Source: Actinomycetota bacterium
GTDB lineage: Bacteria; Actinomycetota; Geothermincolia; Geothermincolales; RBG-13-55-18
Assembly (NCBI GenBank): GCA_014360655.1
Contig: JACIXC010000001.1
Coordinates: forward strand, 228,715-292,714
DNA length: 64,000 nt
Reading direction: 5' to 3'
Both the position numbers and the translations under genes were made by a program. Under the pieces are notes generated by a model that worked only from the letters and a program-made list of their open reading frames with translations, ran no database searches and was not told the DNA's origin. Shown piece by piece: positions 56,127 to 64,000 of the stretch (the stretch's first letter is position 1; every line of letters starts with the position of its first letter).

Positions 56127-56331
56127 GATCGATACCACCGCGGGGGTGAACCCGAGGGCCCCGGGAAACCGGGGCCCTTTTCCTTTGCTTTCTACCCGCG
56201 AGGACGGGTCGGGAACAGGATGAGCATCACCAAGGCGCTTATCCCGAGCGCAGCGCACGGTGGTCTCCACCTGGAGGATACCCCGCCCGCTACCACTTCA
56301 TCCACGCCCTTCTTGTACATATAATCTTGGT

Positions 56332-56934
56332 ATGAATCCTGACGGTGAGAGGTCAACGCATCGCCACAAGGCGAAAGGCGGGTCTTGCCTCCCCGCCTCC
56401 CTCGCTCTCGCCGTCACCCTCACGTTGCTGGTGATGGCCGCGTGGGGTTGCGGGGAGCGCGATGTGCCGCCTCTCCGGGAGGAGGATGCAAATGGCGCTT
56501 TCGCGGAACTCGTTCCCGGCCTCTCCGCCGACCAGAGCCGCGCCGTGGCGGACTACGGCTACCCGGACCACTTCTTCATCTCCATGGACCCCGAAACCAG
56601 GGACCGCGTGGAGAGATGGATCTATTACGCGCGCGGCAAGGCCCTGGACTTCGACAACGGGCGCCTCTTCGGCGAGGAACCCGTCGAGGACAAGTCGGCG
56701 GAATACCCTCCCACCTCCCTGCGCCCCCAGGATTTCGGCCCCCTGCTCACCGCCGAGGAAGCCACGGCCATGCTCGGCGAGCCCCTCTTCACCCACGAGG
56801 TGGAGGAGAGCCTGTTGCCGGAGAACGTCTTCGTCGTCTACGAGAAGGCGGTCCTGCTCTACCGGGAAGGCCGGCTCATCGGCGTGGACACCCAGGTGCA
56901 TCCACCTGACATCCCCGGCGCTTCCGGGACCTAG
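56332..56934 (+). CDS. Putative lipoprotein
   Basis: Signal peptide with lipobox-like LVMAAWGC. About 200 aa, acidic. A TATAAT -10 lies 6 nt upstream of the ATG (possible leaderless transcript). Confidence 0.45.
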   Translation: MNPDGERSTHRHKAKGGSCLPASLALAVTLTLLVMAAWGCGERDVPPLREEDANGAFAELVPGLSADQSRAVADYGYPDHFFISMDPETRDRVERWIYYARGKALDFDNGRLFGEEPVEDKSAEYPPTSLRPQDFGPLLTAEEATAMLGEPLFTHEVEESLLPENVFVVYEKAVLLYREGRLIGVDTQVHPPDIPGASGT

Positions 56935-57197
56935 CGCGCTTTGAGGGGTCACATCTTCTATCCTCGGAGGGGACACCGAGTTAGAATCAGGAGGAGGGGG
57001 CAAAGGGGGAAAGATAGAAGACCAGGAGACGAAAAGAGCCTCACCGGCTGATATATCGAAGACCGGGGATGTGACCGCGTTGGTTAAGCGCCCCCGTTTT
57101 CTGGGTAAAAGGTTAAGGGGGGAAGCGAGTATGCCGGTCTATCCGGGGCAAAGCCCCGAGACGTGACCATACCGGCAGTTCCGGGGGTTAACGGAAA

Positions 57198-58172
57198 ATG
57201 CACCGGCGTAAGTACCGCTATGCGATCGCGGGTTTCGCGCTCGCCGCCGCGTACCTGTGCCTCCTCTTCCTCCTCCACTACCTCATCTCCGAGGGCACGC
57301 CCGCGAGCCTGCTGCGCGACTCCCCCGCCGCGGTGATCACCGTGCTGCTCAGCCTTCCCCTCTGCCTCCTCGCCGGCTACCTGCTGGGCTCAGAGAAAGA
57401 CCGCCGTGAGGCGGCGCGGCTGATGGACGAGCGCGAGAAAGACCGCCTGGAGATGGCCGAGAAGATGTCGCTGCTGCTGCACCGCGCGGAGGAATCCCGC
57501 CGCATGGCCGCCATCGCGGCCCGCGAGATAAAGCACCCGCTCACATCGATCATCGGTTACGCCCTCACCCTGGTCCAGTACTGGGATAAACTGGATGGCC
57601 GGGAGAGGCGCGATTTCCTCGACTACATAAGGGTTTCCGCCACCCGGCTTGAGGTGATGATAAACGACCTCATGCGCATCCTGGAGCTGGCACGGGAATC
57701 CGTGCCCCAGGAGGGGGTAAAGCTCGACTTCTCCGAGGTCCTCTCCGAAGTCGCCTCCCTGCTGCAGGGGGTCCACGAAGAAAGGGGCGTCACCCTTAGC
57801 CTGCGCTTCCTGGAGAGACTTCCAGCGCTCAGGGGAGACCCCTCCCGCCTCTTCGACCTTCTTTACAACCTGCTGGACATCGCCCTGCGGTGCTCCCAGG
57901 ACGGCAAGATGGTCTCCGCCTGGTGCTCGCGCCGCGATAACCGCGTGGCCCTGCACGTCCGTTGCCCGAACCTGTCACTGCCCCCGGAAAAGGCCTCGGC
58001 CATCGACCGCTGGCCTCCCGCGGAGTCGGAGGGCGAGATGGCCACCCTGGTCATGGAGTACAGGCTGGCTTCCCGCCTGGCTAGCGAGGCTGGGGGTACT
58101 CTGCGCATGGACCTGTCCGGCAAGGCGGGGCTCTCCTTCTACCTGGCCTTGCCCCTCGAGCCCACGGAGTAA
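57198..58172 (+). CDS. Membrane sensor histidine kinase
   Basis: Two N-terminal TM helices, H-box AREIKHPLTSIIGY, and a C-terminal HATPase-like region (degenerate G boxes). Confidence 0.7.
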   Translation: MHRRKYRYAIAGFALAAAYLCLLFLLHYLISEGTPASLLRDSPAAVITVLLSLPLCLLAGYLLGSEKDRREAARLMDEREKDRLEMAEKMSLLLHRAEESRRMAAIAAREIKHPLTSIIGYALTLVQYWDKLDGRERRDFLDYIRVSATRLEVMINDLMRILELARESVPQEGVKLDFSEVLSEVASLLQGVHEERGVTLSLRFLERLPALRGDPSRLFDLLYNLLDIALRCSQDGKMVSAWCSRRDNRVALHVRCPNLSLPPEKASAIDRWPPAESEGEMATLVMEYRLASRLASEAGGTLRMDLSGKAGLSFYLALPLEPTE

Positions 58173-58446
58173 GCCGTCGGTAGACCTCCCGGAGCGGCCC
58201 TGCGGGCAGCCAAACGGTCACGGTACTAGCCCATCTGCGGGTTTGCGCCATCTCCAACCTGCAGCGACCCTGCGGGCAGCCAAACGGTTCAAAGCGGCTC
58301 ATTCCATCTTGGATGCATCTTGGAAGAGCTGCCGGACCGCGCCCTCCACCCGCGTCGGACCCACGCGACGGGAAGCGGGGGATGCTCGCCCATCACCCTT
58401 CCCCGTACCCGGGAAAACCCGCCTGCCGGGCGTCTCCGCGGATCCT

Positions 58447-58833
58447 TTATGTCACCTGGGGCCAGTCCGTGCCGTAGTAAGGTCGGGCGTAAGGGGGCGC
58501 CTCGCGGTAGAAATAGACGATGGCGGGGATCCGGTTGCCGTCCTCCAGGATGACCTCCATCTCACCCTTCTCGAAACCCGCCTCCCCCTCGATGACGTCG
58601 ATGATGCGTAACATCTCCTCGTAGCAACCCTCGAGGGCGAGGAGGATGACCCCGCTGATCAGCGGCTCCTCCTCCCCCGGCGCCGGGATCAGCAGGGGGT
58701 AGCCGAAGGGCGTTTCGTAGAGGTGTCCCGGCACGCAGGCGGGCACGACGTTCCTCACCGTGTGGCTGATGTGGCGGAACATCTTCTCGCCCGGCTTCAA
58801 CGTGCCGTAAACGAAGACCGGTATCTCGCTCAT
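58447..58833 (-). CDS. Gamma-glutamylcyclotransferase-family (AIG2-like) protein
   Basis: N-terminal VFVYGTLKPGEK and a downstream catalytic Glu context (GCYEE). Confidence 0.7.
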   Translation of the reverse strand: MSEIPVFVYGTLKPGEKMFRHISHTVRNVVPACVPGHLYETPFGYPLLIPAPGEEEPLISGVILLALEGCYEEMLRIIDVIEGEAGFEKGEMEVILEDGNRIPAIVYFYREAPPYARPYYGTDWPQVT

Positions 58834-58840
58834 TTTCGCA

Positions 58841-60514
58841 TCACGGCAACAGTTTTCCCGGGTTCATAATATCGGCCGGGTCCATGACCTTCTTGACCGC
58901 GTGCAGGGCCTCGATGGATATCTCCCCTACCTCCCTGCGCATCCAGGGGGCGTGTTCGTATCCGATACCGTGATGGTGGGTGATGGTCCCGCCGTGCTCC
59001 ATGATGGCCTCGGAAGCCGCTCTCTTCGCCCGTTCCCACTGGGCCTCCTCCTCCCCCTCCGCGGCCATGGGGGCGAAGAAGGTGTAATAGAGCGAGGCGC
59101 CCTCGGGATAGGCGTGCGAGACGTGGCAGGCGACCATGCATTTAGAACCGCCCTCTTCCAGGGCGCGTTTCAGGGCCGCATAGACCTCGCCGTAAAGGTG
59201 GAGGAGGTTGTCCCAGGTGGTCGCCGTCTCCAGCGTGTCCACCATGACGCCCCAGTTTATCAGCTGCTCGCGGAAGTAGGCGGTCTCGTGCCTGCTGCGG
59301 TACCACTGCCTGCCGGGGCTGGTCCCCAGGTGAAAGCCACCCAGCCTGCGGCAGAGCTGCAGGATGCCCGAGCGCTGGTAGTCCACGTCGTCCTGCTCCC
59401 CCTCCAGGCCGATGACCATGAAGGCGCCGTCGTCGAAGGAGTAGCCGCGGCTGGCGAGAAGCCGCAGCGCCGCCTCCTCCGCCCTCCTCTTCCACCTGGG
59501 CCCCTTCGTGGACCGGAACGCCTTGGCCAAAGCGGTCTCGGTGCGGTCCGAAAGCCTCACGCAGGTGGGAACGAGCCCCTGTTGCATCATCTCCCGCACG
59601 GCGGAGACGCCCGCGGCGAAATCCCGGAAGAGGAGGCCCCTGTAGTCCAACACCCGGGGCACGGGGCGGATCCTCATCAACGCCTCGGTTATCACCCCCA
59701 TGCATCCCTCGGAGCCCACGCACAGCTGCAGGATGGAGGGTCCGGCGGCGCTGGAGGGCACCTTGCGCGTGTCCACCACCCCCCGCGGGGTGACCATGCG
59801 CAGCGCCAGCACCATGTCCTCTATATCGCCGTAGCCGGTGGACTGGCGCCCCGAGGCGCGCGTGGCCAGCCAGCCCCCCAGCGAGGAATGGTCGAAGCTC
59901 TCGGGGAAATGGCCCAGGGTGAAGCCGTGGCCGTTGAGCTGCTCCTCCAGCTCCGGCCCCAGGGCGCCCGCCTGGATGAGCGCCGTGTGGGAGGTGGCGT
60001 CCACCCTCAGCACGCGATTCATGCGCGCCATGTCCAGGCTGATGAAGCCCTCTTTCTTGCCCATGGGCTCCACTCCGCCCGTCACGCTCGATCCGCCGCC
60101 GAAGGGTATCACCGCCAGGTTCCTTTCCTCGGCGAGGCGGAATATTTCCAGTATTTCCCTTTCCTCCCGCGGCCACACGACGACGTCCACGGGCCTCTCG
60201 ATGCGGCGCTGGCGGAAGCGCAGGAGGTCGCGGTAGCTCTTGCCCATGGAATGGCTGACGCGCTGGAACTTGTCCACGGAGACGTTTTCGGGGCCACACA
60301 GATCCCTGAGTGAAGCAAGGACGGCGTCCCCCAACCGCGGCGCCGGGAGTTCGATCTCGTCGAGGCTCGGATCGGTGAAGCGGTCGCGGTCCAGGCTCAT
60401 GCCCAGGTTCTCCCGCATGAAGGGCATGATGTTCTCCCTGTTCTCCACGTCGAACCTCTGGTCGAGGTCGCCCCACCCCCACCAGCGGCTCTTTCCCTCC
60501 GCGTAATCAGACAT
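58841..60514 (-). CDS. FAD-linked oxidase (alkyldihydroxyacetone-phosphate synthase / GlcD-like)
   Basis: 557 aa. FAD-binding PCMH domain (VIPFGGGSSVTGG) and a C-terminal domain ending HHGIGYEHAPWM...VMDPADIMNPGKLLP. Confidence 0.8.
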   Translation of the reverse strand: MSDYAEGKSRWWGWGDLDQRFDVENRENIMPFMRENLGMSLDRDRFTDPSLDEIELPAPRLGDAVLASLRDLCGPENVSVDKFQRVSHSMGKSYRDLLRFRQRRIERPVDVVVWPREEREILEIFRLAEERNLAVIPFGGGSSVTGGVEPMGKKEGFISLDMARMNRVLRVDATSHTALIQAGALGPELEEQLNGHGFTLGHFPESFDHSSLGGWLATRASGRQSTGYGDIEDMVLALRMVTPRGVVDTRKVPSSAAGPSILQLCVGSEGCMGVITEALMRIRPVPRVLDYRGLLFRDFAAGVSAVREMMQQGLVPTCVRLSDRTETALAKAFRSTKGPRWKRRAEEAALRLLASRGYSFDDGAFMVIGLEGEQDDVDYQRSGILQLCRRLGGFHLGTSPGRQWYRSRHETAYFREQLINWGVMVDTLETATTWDNLLHLYGEVYAALKRALEEGGSKCMVACHVSHAYPEGASLYYTFFAPMAAEGEEEAQWERAKRAASEAIMEHGGTITHHHGIGYEHAPWMRREVGEISIEALHAVKKVMDPADIMNPGKLLP

Positions 60515-60645
60515 GCGTTACCTCCCTGCCTATAAGGGGCGGACAATGCCCTTCTCGCGTGCGTGCCTCGTTCAGTCCATGACCGGTCCCCATGACGCTC
60601 CGAAGCCGCCGTTCACGGGGGCTTCGCGGCCCCCGCCGCGCTCGC

Positions 60646-61458
60646 TTAGTTCATGGAGGAGGGCGAGAACTCGCTCGCGTTCCCGGCCCCCTCCGGCAGC
60701 GTGACGCGGATCTCGGCCCCGTAATCCGACAGTTCCACGTTCATCGTTCCCGTGAGGGATCCCACCTGCGGGTTCTCCATCCGGTAATCTATCTGCATGC
60801 GCCGCACGAGGTGGTCCTCCTCCCCGATCCACATCCGGATCTCGGCGCTGAAGCCCTCCATGCCCCCCTGCATGAGGTCGAGCCACTCCCGCATCCGCTC
60901 CCTCTCCTCATCGGAGAGGGACTCCTGGTACTGCTGGAAGGAGAGGCGGAAGAAATCTTCCCCCAGCTTCAGCGAGATGACCGCCACCCCTCCCGCTTCC
61001 TCCTCCACCGTGATGTCCTCCGCCGCTTCGGCGATGGACTTCCACTGCTGGGGGTCGACCATGCCCATACCCATGTTCTGCGTGCGGTATTGGGCCACGT
61101 CCATCTTTATCCACCCCTGTCCCGGCACGTCCTGGTAATAGTAACCACCGACGATGTAGGCCTCGCTGGTCATCGTCCCCATCTCCACGGTGATGTGCTG
61201 GGCGGGGATTTCCCCCGTGTTGTCCACCTCGCCGGCGACCTGCATGCGCAGGGAGCCCCCGCCCGCTTCCGTTCCTCCCATCCCTATCTCCATGGTGCCG
61301 CTCATGCGGTATCCCGAAAGGGCGGACATGGCCTCGCTGGATCGCATCAAGAGCGCGAGAGCATCGACCTGGCCTGTTTCCCCCTCCGATCTCCCTCCGC
61401 AACCGAGCGCCGCCGCAAGGAGAAAAGCCAGGACCAGCAACAACAACGACCTTTTCAT
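60646..61458 (-). CDS. Putative lipoprotein (LolA/LppX-like fold candidate)
   Basis: Signal peptide plus lipobox LAAALGC. About 250 aa, Met/Gly-rich, soluble. Confidence 0.4.
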   Translation of the reverse strand: MKRSLLLLVLAFLLAAALGCGGRSEGETGQVDALALLMRSSEAMSALSGYRMSGTMEIGMGGTEAGGGSLRMQVAGEVDNTGEIPAQHITVEMGTMTSEAYIVGGYYYQDVPGQGWIKMDVAQYRTQNMGMGMVDPQQWKSIAEAAEDITVEEEAGGVAVISLKLGEDFFRLSFQQYQESLSDEERERMREWLDLMQGGMEGFSAEIRMWIGEEDHLVRRMQIDYRMENPQVGSLTGTMNVELSDYGAEIRVTLPEGAGNASEFSPSSMN

Positions 61459-61558
61459 CTTCGCTCCTTTCCTCAGGTAGATGATAACTTCACGGGGTCA
61501 TGTCAGTCCACCCGGCGAAAAGCCGCGGCGACCCGCTGTGTCGCTGACGGCGGGTAGC

Positions 61559-61740
61559 ATCCCCCATCTCCCCCGCGGGCAAACAGCCGTTAACCGGCGC
61601 CGGGCCCCGAGTATAAGCATCCGTTAACCGGCGCCGGGCGCTCGTTATGCGGTGGGCCACAATCCCCCATCTCCCCCGCGGGCAAACAGCCGTTAACCGG
61701 CGCCGGGCCCCGAGTATATAATCTTACTCGGAAAGGAAGG
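61559..61740. repeat. Triplicated motif CCGTTAACCGGCGCCGGGC embedded in a duplicated ~58-bp unit ending in TATA-like boxes, upstream of the metallophosphoesterase gene
   Basis: Units at 61559-61617 and 61661-61718 are near-identical. Motif copies are at about 61597, 61622 and 61699. The last unit ends GAGTATATAATCTTACTCGG about 25 bp before the ATG. Confidence 0.6.
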
Positions 61741-61748
61741 GGGCGGGT

Positions 61749-62513
61749 TTGAGGTACGCGGTCTTCTCCGACATCCACTCCAACCTGGAGGGGCTGCAGG
61801 CAGTGCTCCAGGAAGCGGACCGGCTCGGCGTGGACGCCCTTCTGTGCTGCGGCGACATCATCGGGTACAGCGCGGACCCCGTTCCCTGCGTGGAAACGGT
61901 ACGGGAGCGGGGCGTGCGCTGCATCCGCGGCAACCACGAGCGGGGCCTCGCGGACCTGGAGTCAGGCCTCCCCCCCAACATGAACCCCCTGGCCCTGGAA
62001 GCGCTTCGATTCACCTACGAAGCCCTGCCGGAGAGTCACCGGGAATGGCTGGTGTCCCTCCCCGACACGCTGCAGGTGAACGGCTCCTTCCTCCTCTTCC
62101 ACGGGTCGCCTTCCCATCCCGACGAGTACATCTTCGACTCCTTCGAGGCCGCCTACGCCTTCAAGTCGCTGATCATGGAGTATCCGGCCCCCGGCAATCT
62201 CCTCTGCTGCATCGGGCATACCCACATCTGCGCGGCCTATGCCTTCGACCCCGAGAGCAGGCGGGTGGAGGAGAGCGCGGTGCGCGACGGTGACCGCTTC
62301 TCCATCAAGCCGGGTGCGCATTACATGTTCAACGTGGGAAGCTGCGGGCAGTACCGGGGCGGAACGCCCGCGGCCACCTTCGCCCTCCTGGACCTCGACG
62401 AGATGTTCATCGAGTTCCGCTTTCTCGACTACGATTTCACGGCCACGCAGGAGAAGATCATCGCGGCGGGACTGCCCTATCCACTGGCCCGCAGGCTGGG
62501 TGTCGGGCAGTAG
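61749..62513 (+). CDS. Metallophosphoesterase (calcineurin-like, YfcE/MJ0936-type)
   Basis: FSDIHSN, CCGDIIGY, GNHE and GHTH metal-binding motifs. Confidence 0.85.
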   Translation: MRYAVFSDIHSNLEGLQAVLQEADRLGVDALLCCGDIIGYSADPVPCVETVRERGVRCIRGNHERGLADLESGLPPNMNPLALEALRFTYEALPESHREWLVSLPDTLQVNGSFLLFHGSPSHPDEYIFDSFEAAYAFKSLIMEYPAPGNLLCCIGHTHICAAYAFDPESRRVEESAVRDGDRFSIKPGAHYMFNVGSCGQYRGGTPAATFALLDLDEMFIEFRFLDYDFTATQEKIIAAGLPYPLARRLGVGQ

Positions 62514-62538
62514 GCGAAGATGTTAGAATATAGGGGTT

Positions 62539-63333
62539 ATGAAAGACCGCGAATCTTTACATAAATTGGCAGCCAAGGGCGACCTGCGGGGGCTGGTGGA
62601 GGCCATGGGCCACCCGCAACCCTACATGCGGCTGACCGCTTCCGACCTCCTGGCCGCGCAGGGCGAAAAGTCCTTCCCCTTCCTCGTGGAGGCCCTCACG
62701 CACGATAACCCGGACGTGCGCAAGGGGGCCGCCCGCTCCCTGGGCCTCATCGGCGACCGGCGCGCCGTCCGCCATCTCCTGGACCGCCTGGAAAAGGAAA
62801 CCCCGGGCGTGGGCCAGTTCATCGTGGACGCGCTGGCGGACATCGGGGACGTCCACGTGGTTCCGGATCTCTGCAGGACCACGCGCAGCCACAGCCTTTC
62901 CCTCCGCTACAGCGCGGTAAGGGCGCTGGGTAAGCTGGGGGACCGGCGCGCCATCCCCTATCTCATCGAGGCCCTGGGGGATTCGGCGAGCATCGTGAGG
63001 CTGCGTGCGGTGGAATCACTCGGCGGCATGGGCGAGCCGACCCTTTGGGTCCCCGTGAGCGAGATGCTCGCCGACGAGTCGGCGGGAGTCAGGGCGGTCG
63101 CCGCCCGCGCCCTCGGAGAGATGCACGCCCTGCGCGCCATCGACTGCCTCCTTCCCCTGCTGCAAAGCGACGTGGAAAGCGACGTCCTGGAGGCCGTAAA
63201 AGCCCTGGGGAGGATCGGCAGCAAGAGGGCCGTGGAGCCGCTGCTCGCCACCCGCGAAAGGGAGGGGCGGGAGAGGGTGCTGATGGCAATCGAGGCGGCA
63301 CTCGAGGCCATCGGCGAGGCGAGCCAGGAATAA
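62539..63333 (+). CDS. HEAT-repeat (PBS-lyase type) protein
   Basis: 264 aa with six units of the DxxVRxxAARxLGxIGDxRAVxxL pattern. Confidence 0.8.
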   Translation: MKDRESLHKLAAKGDLRGLVEAMGHPQPYMRLTASDLLAAQGEKSFPFLVEALTHDNPDVRKGAARSLGLIGDRRAVRHLLDRLEKETPGVGQFIVDALADIGDVHVVPDLCRTTRSHSLSLRYSAVRALGKLGDRRAIPYLIEALGDSASIVRLRAVESLGGMGEPTLWVPVSEMLADESAGVRAVAARALGEMHALRAIDCLLPLLQSDVESDVLEAVKALGRIGSKRAVEPLLATREREGRERVLMAIEAALEAIGEASQE

Positions 63334-63384
63334 TCCCCTGTCGGCGCGCCCTTGCGCGGGGCGGCAAGAGCGTGACCGCGGCGG

Positions 63385-63650
63385 GAAGGGGTCTTGCGGC
63401 GTCGACGGGTCGGTCCCCACCTCGCATCCCGCCACCTGTCCCATAACGCTCTCCCTGCGGGGCGCGACGGCGGTGGCGAGCAACGTAGTGATGAAGCGGA
63501 ATTTCCCGCCCACCGGGAAGGGGTCTTGCGGCGTCGACGGGTCGGTCCCCACCTCGCATCCCGCCACCTGTCCCATAACGCTCTCCCTGCGGGGCGCGAC
63601 GGCGGTGGCGAGCAACGTAGTGATGAAGCGGAATTTCCCGCCCACCGGTT
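63385..63650. repeat. 133-bp perfect tandem duplication immediately upstream of hup
   Basis: gaaggggtcttgcggcgtcgacggg...gaatttcccgcccaccgg occurs twice back-to-back, then a T-rich tract and the hup SD. Confidence 0.85.
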
Positions 63651-63730
63651 TATTTTTCTGCTGTAAAGGGAAAATTTCTCCTGAAGAGAATAATTGTATG
63701 TAAAATGCCGTTGTCAGAAGGAGGTGAAAC

Positions 63731-64000
63731 ATGAACAAGGCGGAGCTCATCGATGCCGTGGCCAAGGACACCAAGATGAGCAAGAAGGACTCCGCGGTGG
63801 CCGTGGACAGCATGATCAAGATGATCACCGGCGCCCTGAAGAAGGGCGACAAGGTGACCTTGGTCGGCTTCGGCACCTGGGAAGTGAAGAAGCGCGCGGC
63901 GCGCAAGGGAGTCAATCCCAGGACGGGAGAGGCCATCAAGATCAAGGCCACCAAGGTGGTGTCCTTCAAGCCCGGCGCGGCTTTGAAGAAGGCGGTTTCC
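63731..64000 (+). CDS. hup: DNA-binding protein HU (3'-truncated by window end)
   Basis: MNKAELIDAVAKDT...GFGTWEVKKRAARKGVNPRTGEAIKIKATKVVSFKPG is the canonical HU signature. SD AAGGAGGTGA. Confidence 0.9.
   Translation, partial: MNKAELIDAVAKDTKMSKKDSAVAVDSMIKMITGALKKGDKVTLVGFGTWEVKKRAARKGVNPRTGEAIKIKATKVVSFKPGAALKKAVS

Noticed and set aside
58901-60313. 470-aa ORF antisense to the FAD-linked oxidase
   Set aside because: Shadow frame. The minus-strand protein has FAD-binding PCMH motifs.
1-64000. CRISPR arrays, rRNA/tRNA genes, insertion sequences, prophage, integrases
   Set aside because: No regularly spaced short repeats with unique spacers were seen. The tandem repeats found have periods of 16, 120 and 133 bp without spacers. 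No tRNA T-loop/acceptor signatures. No transposase-, integrase- or phage-like ORFs.

Overview
This is a 64-kb, high-GC (roughly 65%) bacterial chromosomal segment that is densely coding on both strands. I saw no rRNA, tRNA, CRISPR array, transposase or integrase. A small basic ORF matching the actinobacterial ribosomal protein bS22 suggests an actinobacterial or related Gram-positive host, although Veg, YfhO and an archaeal-type ApgM give a mixed signal. In order, the window contains: an anti-sigma factor and SigB-like sigma factor pair; a minus-strand iron module (DtxR-FeoA regulator, FeoB, an orphan AmmeMemoSam-type radical SAM enzyme, a Lon-like S16/PDZ protease, Veg, DUF72); a HEAT-repeat protein; a PadR-MFS efflux pair; a C45 acyltransferase and an ADP-ribosylglycohydrolase; a fused CoA-transferase divergent from an OYE/2,4-dienoyl-CoA-reductase-like flavoenzyme; a REC-HisKA protein with no ATPase domain; an MBL hydrolase; a TrkA-type K+ channel; and a His/Glu-rich membrane-anchored β-sandwich protein. 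The most interesting part runs from ~26.3 to 43.2 kb. There, at least five large polytopic membrane proteins of the GT-C glycosyltransferase type (PIG-V/Mannosyl_trans2-like, two ~890-aa tandem paralogs, DUF2723, YfhO) sit with a GtrB/Ppm1-like polyprenyl-phosphate glycosyltransferase and a SAM methyltransferase. Interleaved with them are a type IV pilin-like gene, a prepilin peptidase and DUF3786/DUF2889/DUF1786 proteins. This looks like a candidate lipid-carrier-dependent surface or pilin glycosylation system that has not been described. Further on are an orphan FtsX permease and DUF763. A secreted protein follows; its C-terminal TM anchor module is triplicated as a perfect in-frame 120-bp tandem repeat, and the first copy ends in an amber codon. 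After that come a surface protein with three ~135-aa internal repeats and a Cna-B-like domain, a histidine kinase, a GGCT-like protein, an AGPS-like FAD oxidase, lipoproteins, a metallophosphoesterase and a second HEAT protein. The window ends with the 5' end of hup (HU), which is preceded by a 133-bp tandem duplication. Several intergenic regions carry tandem or inverted repeats and AT-rich islands that are listed as findings.
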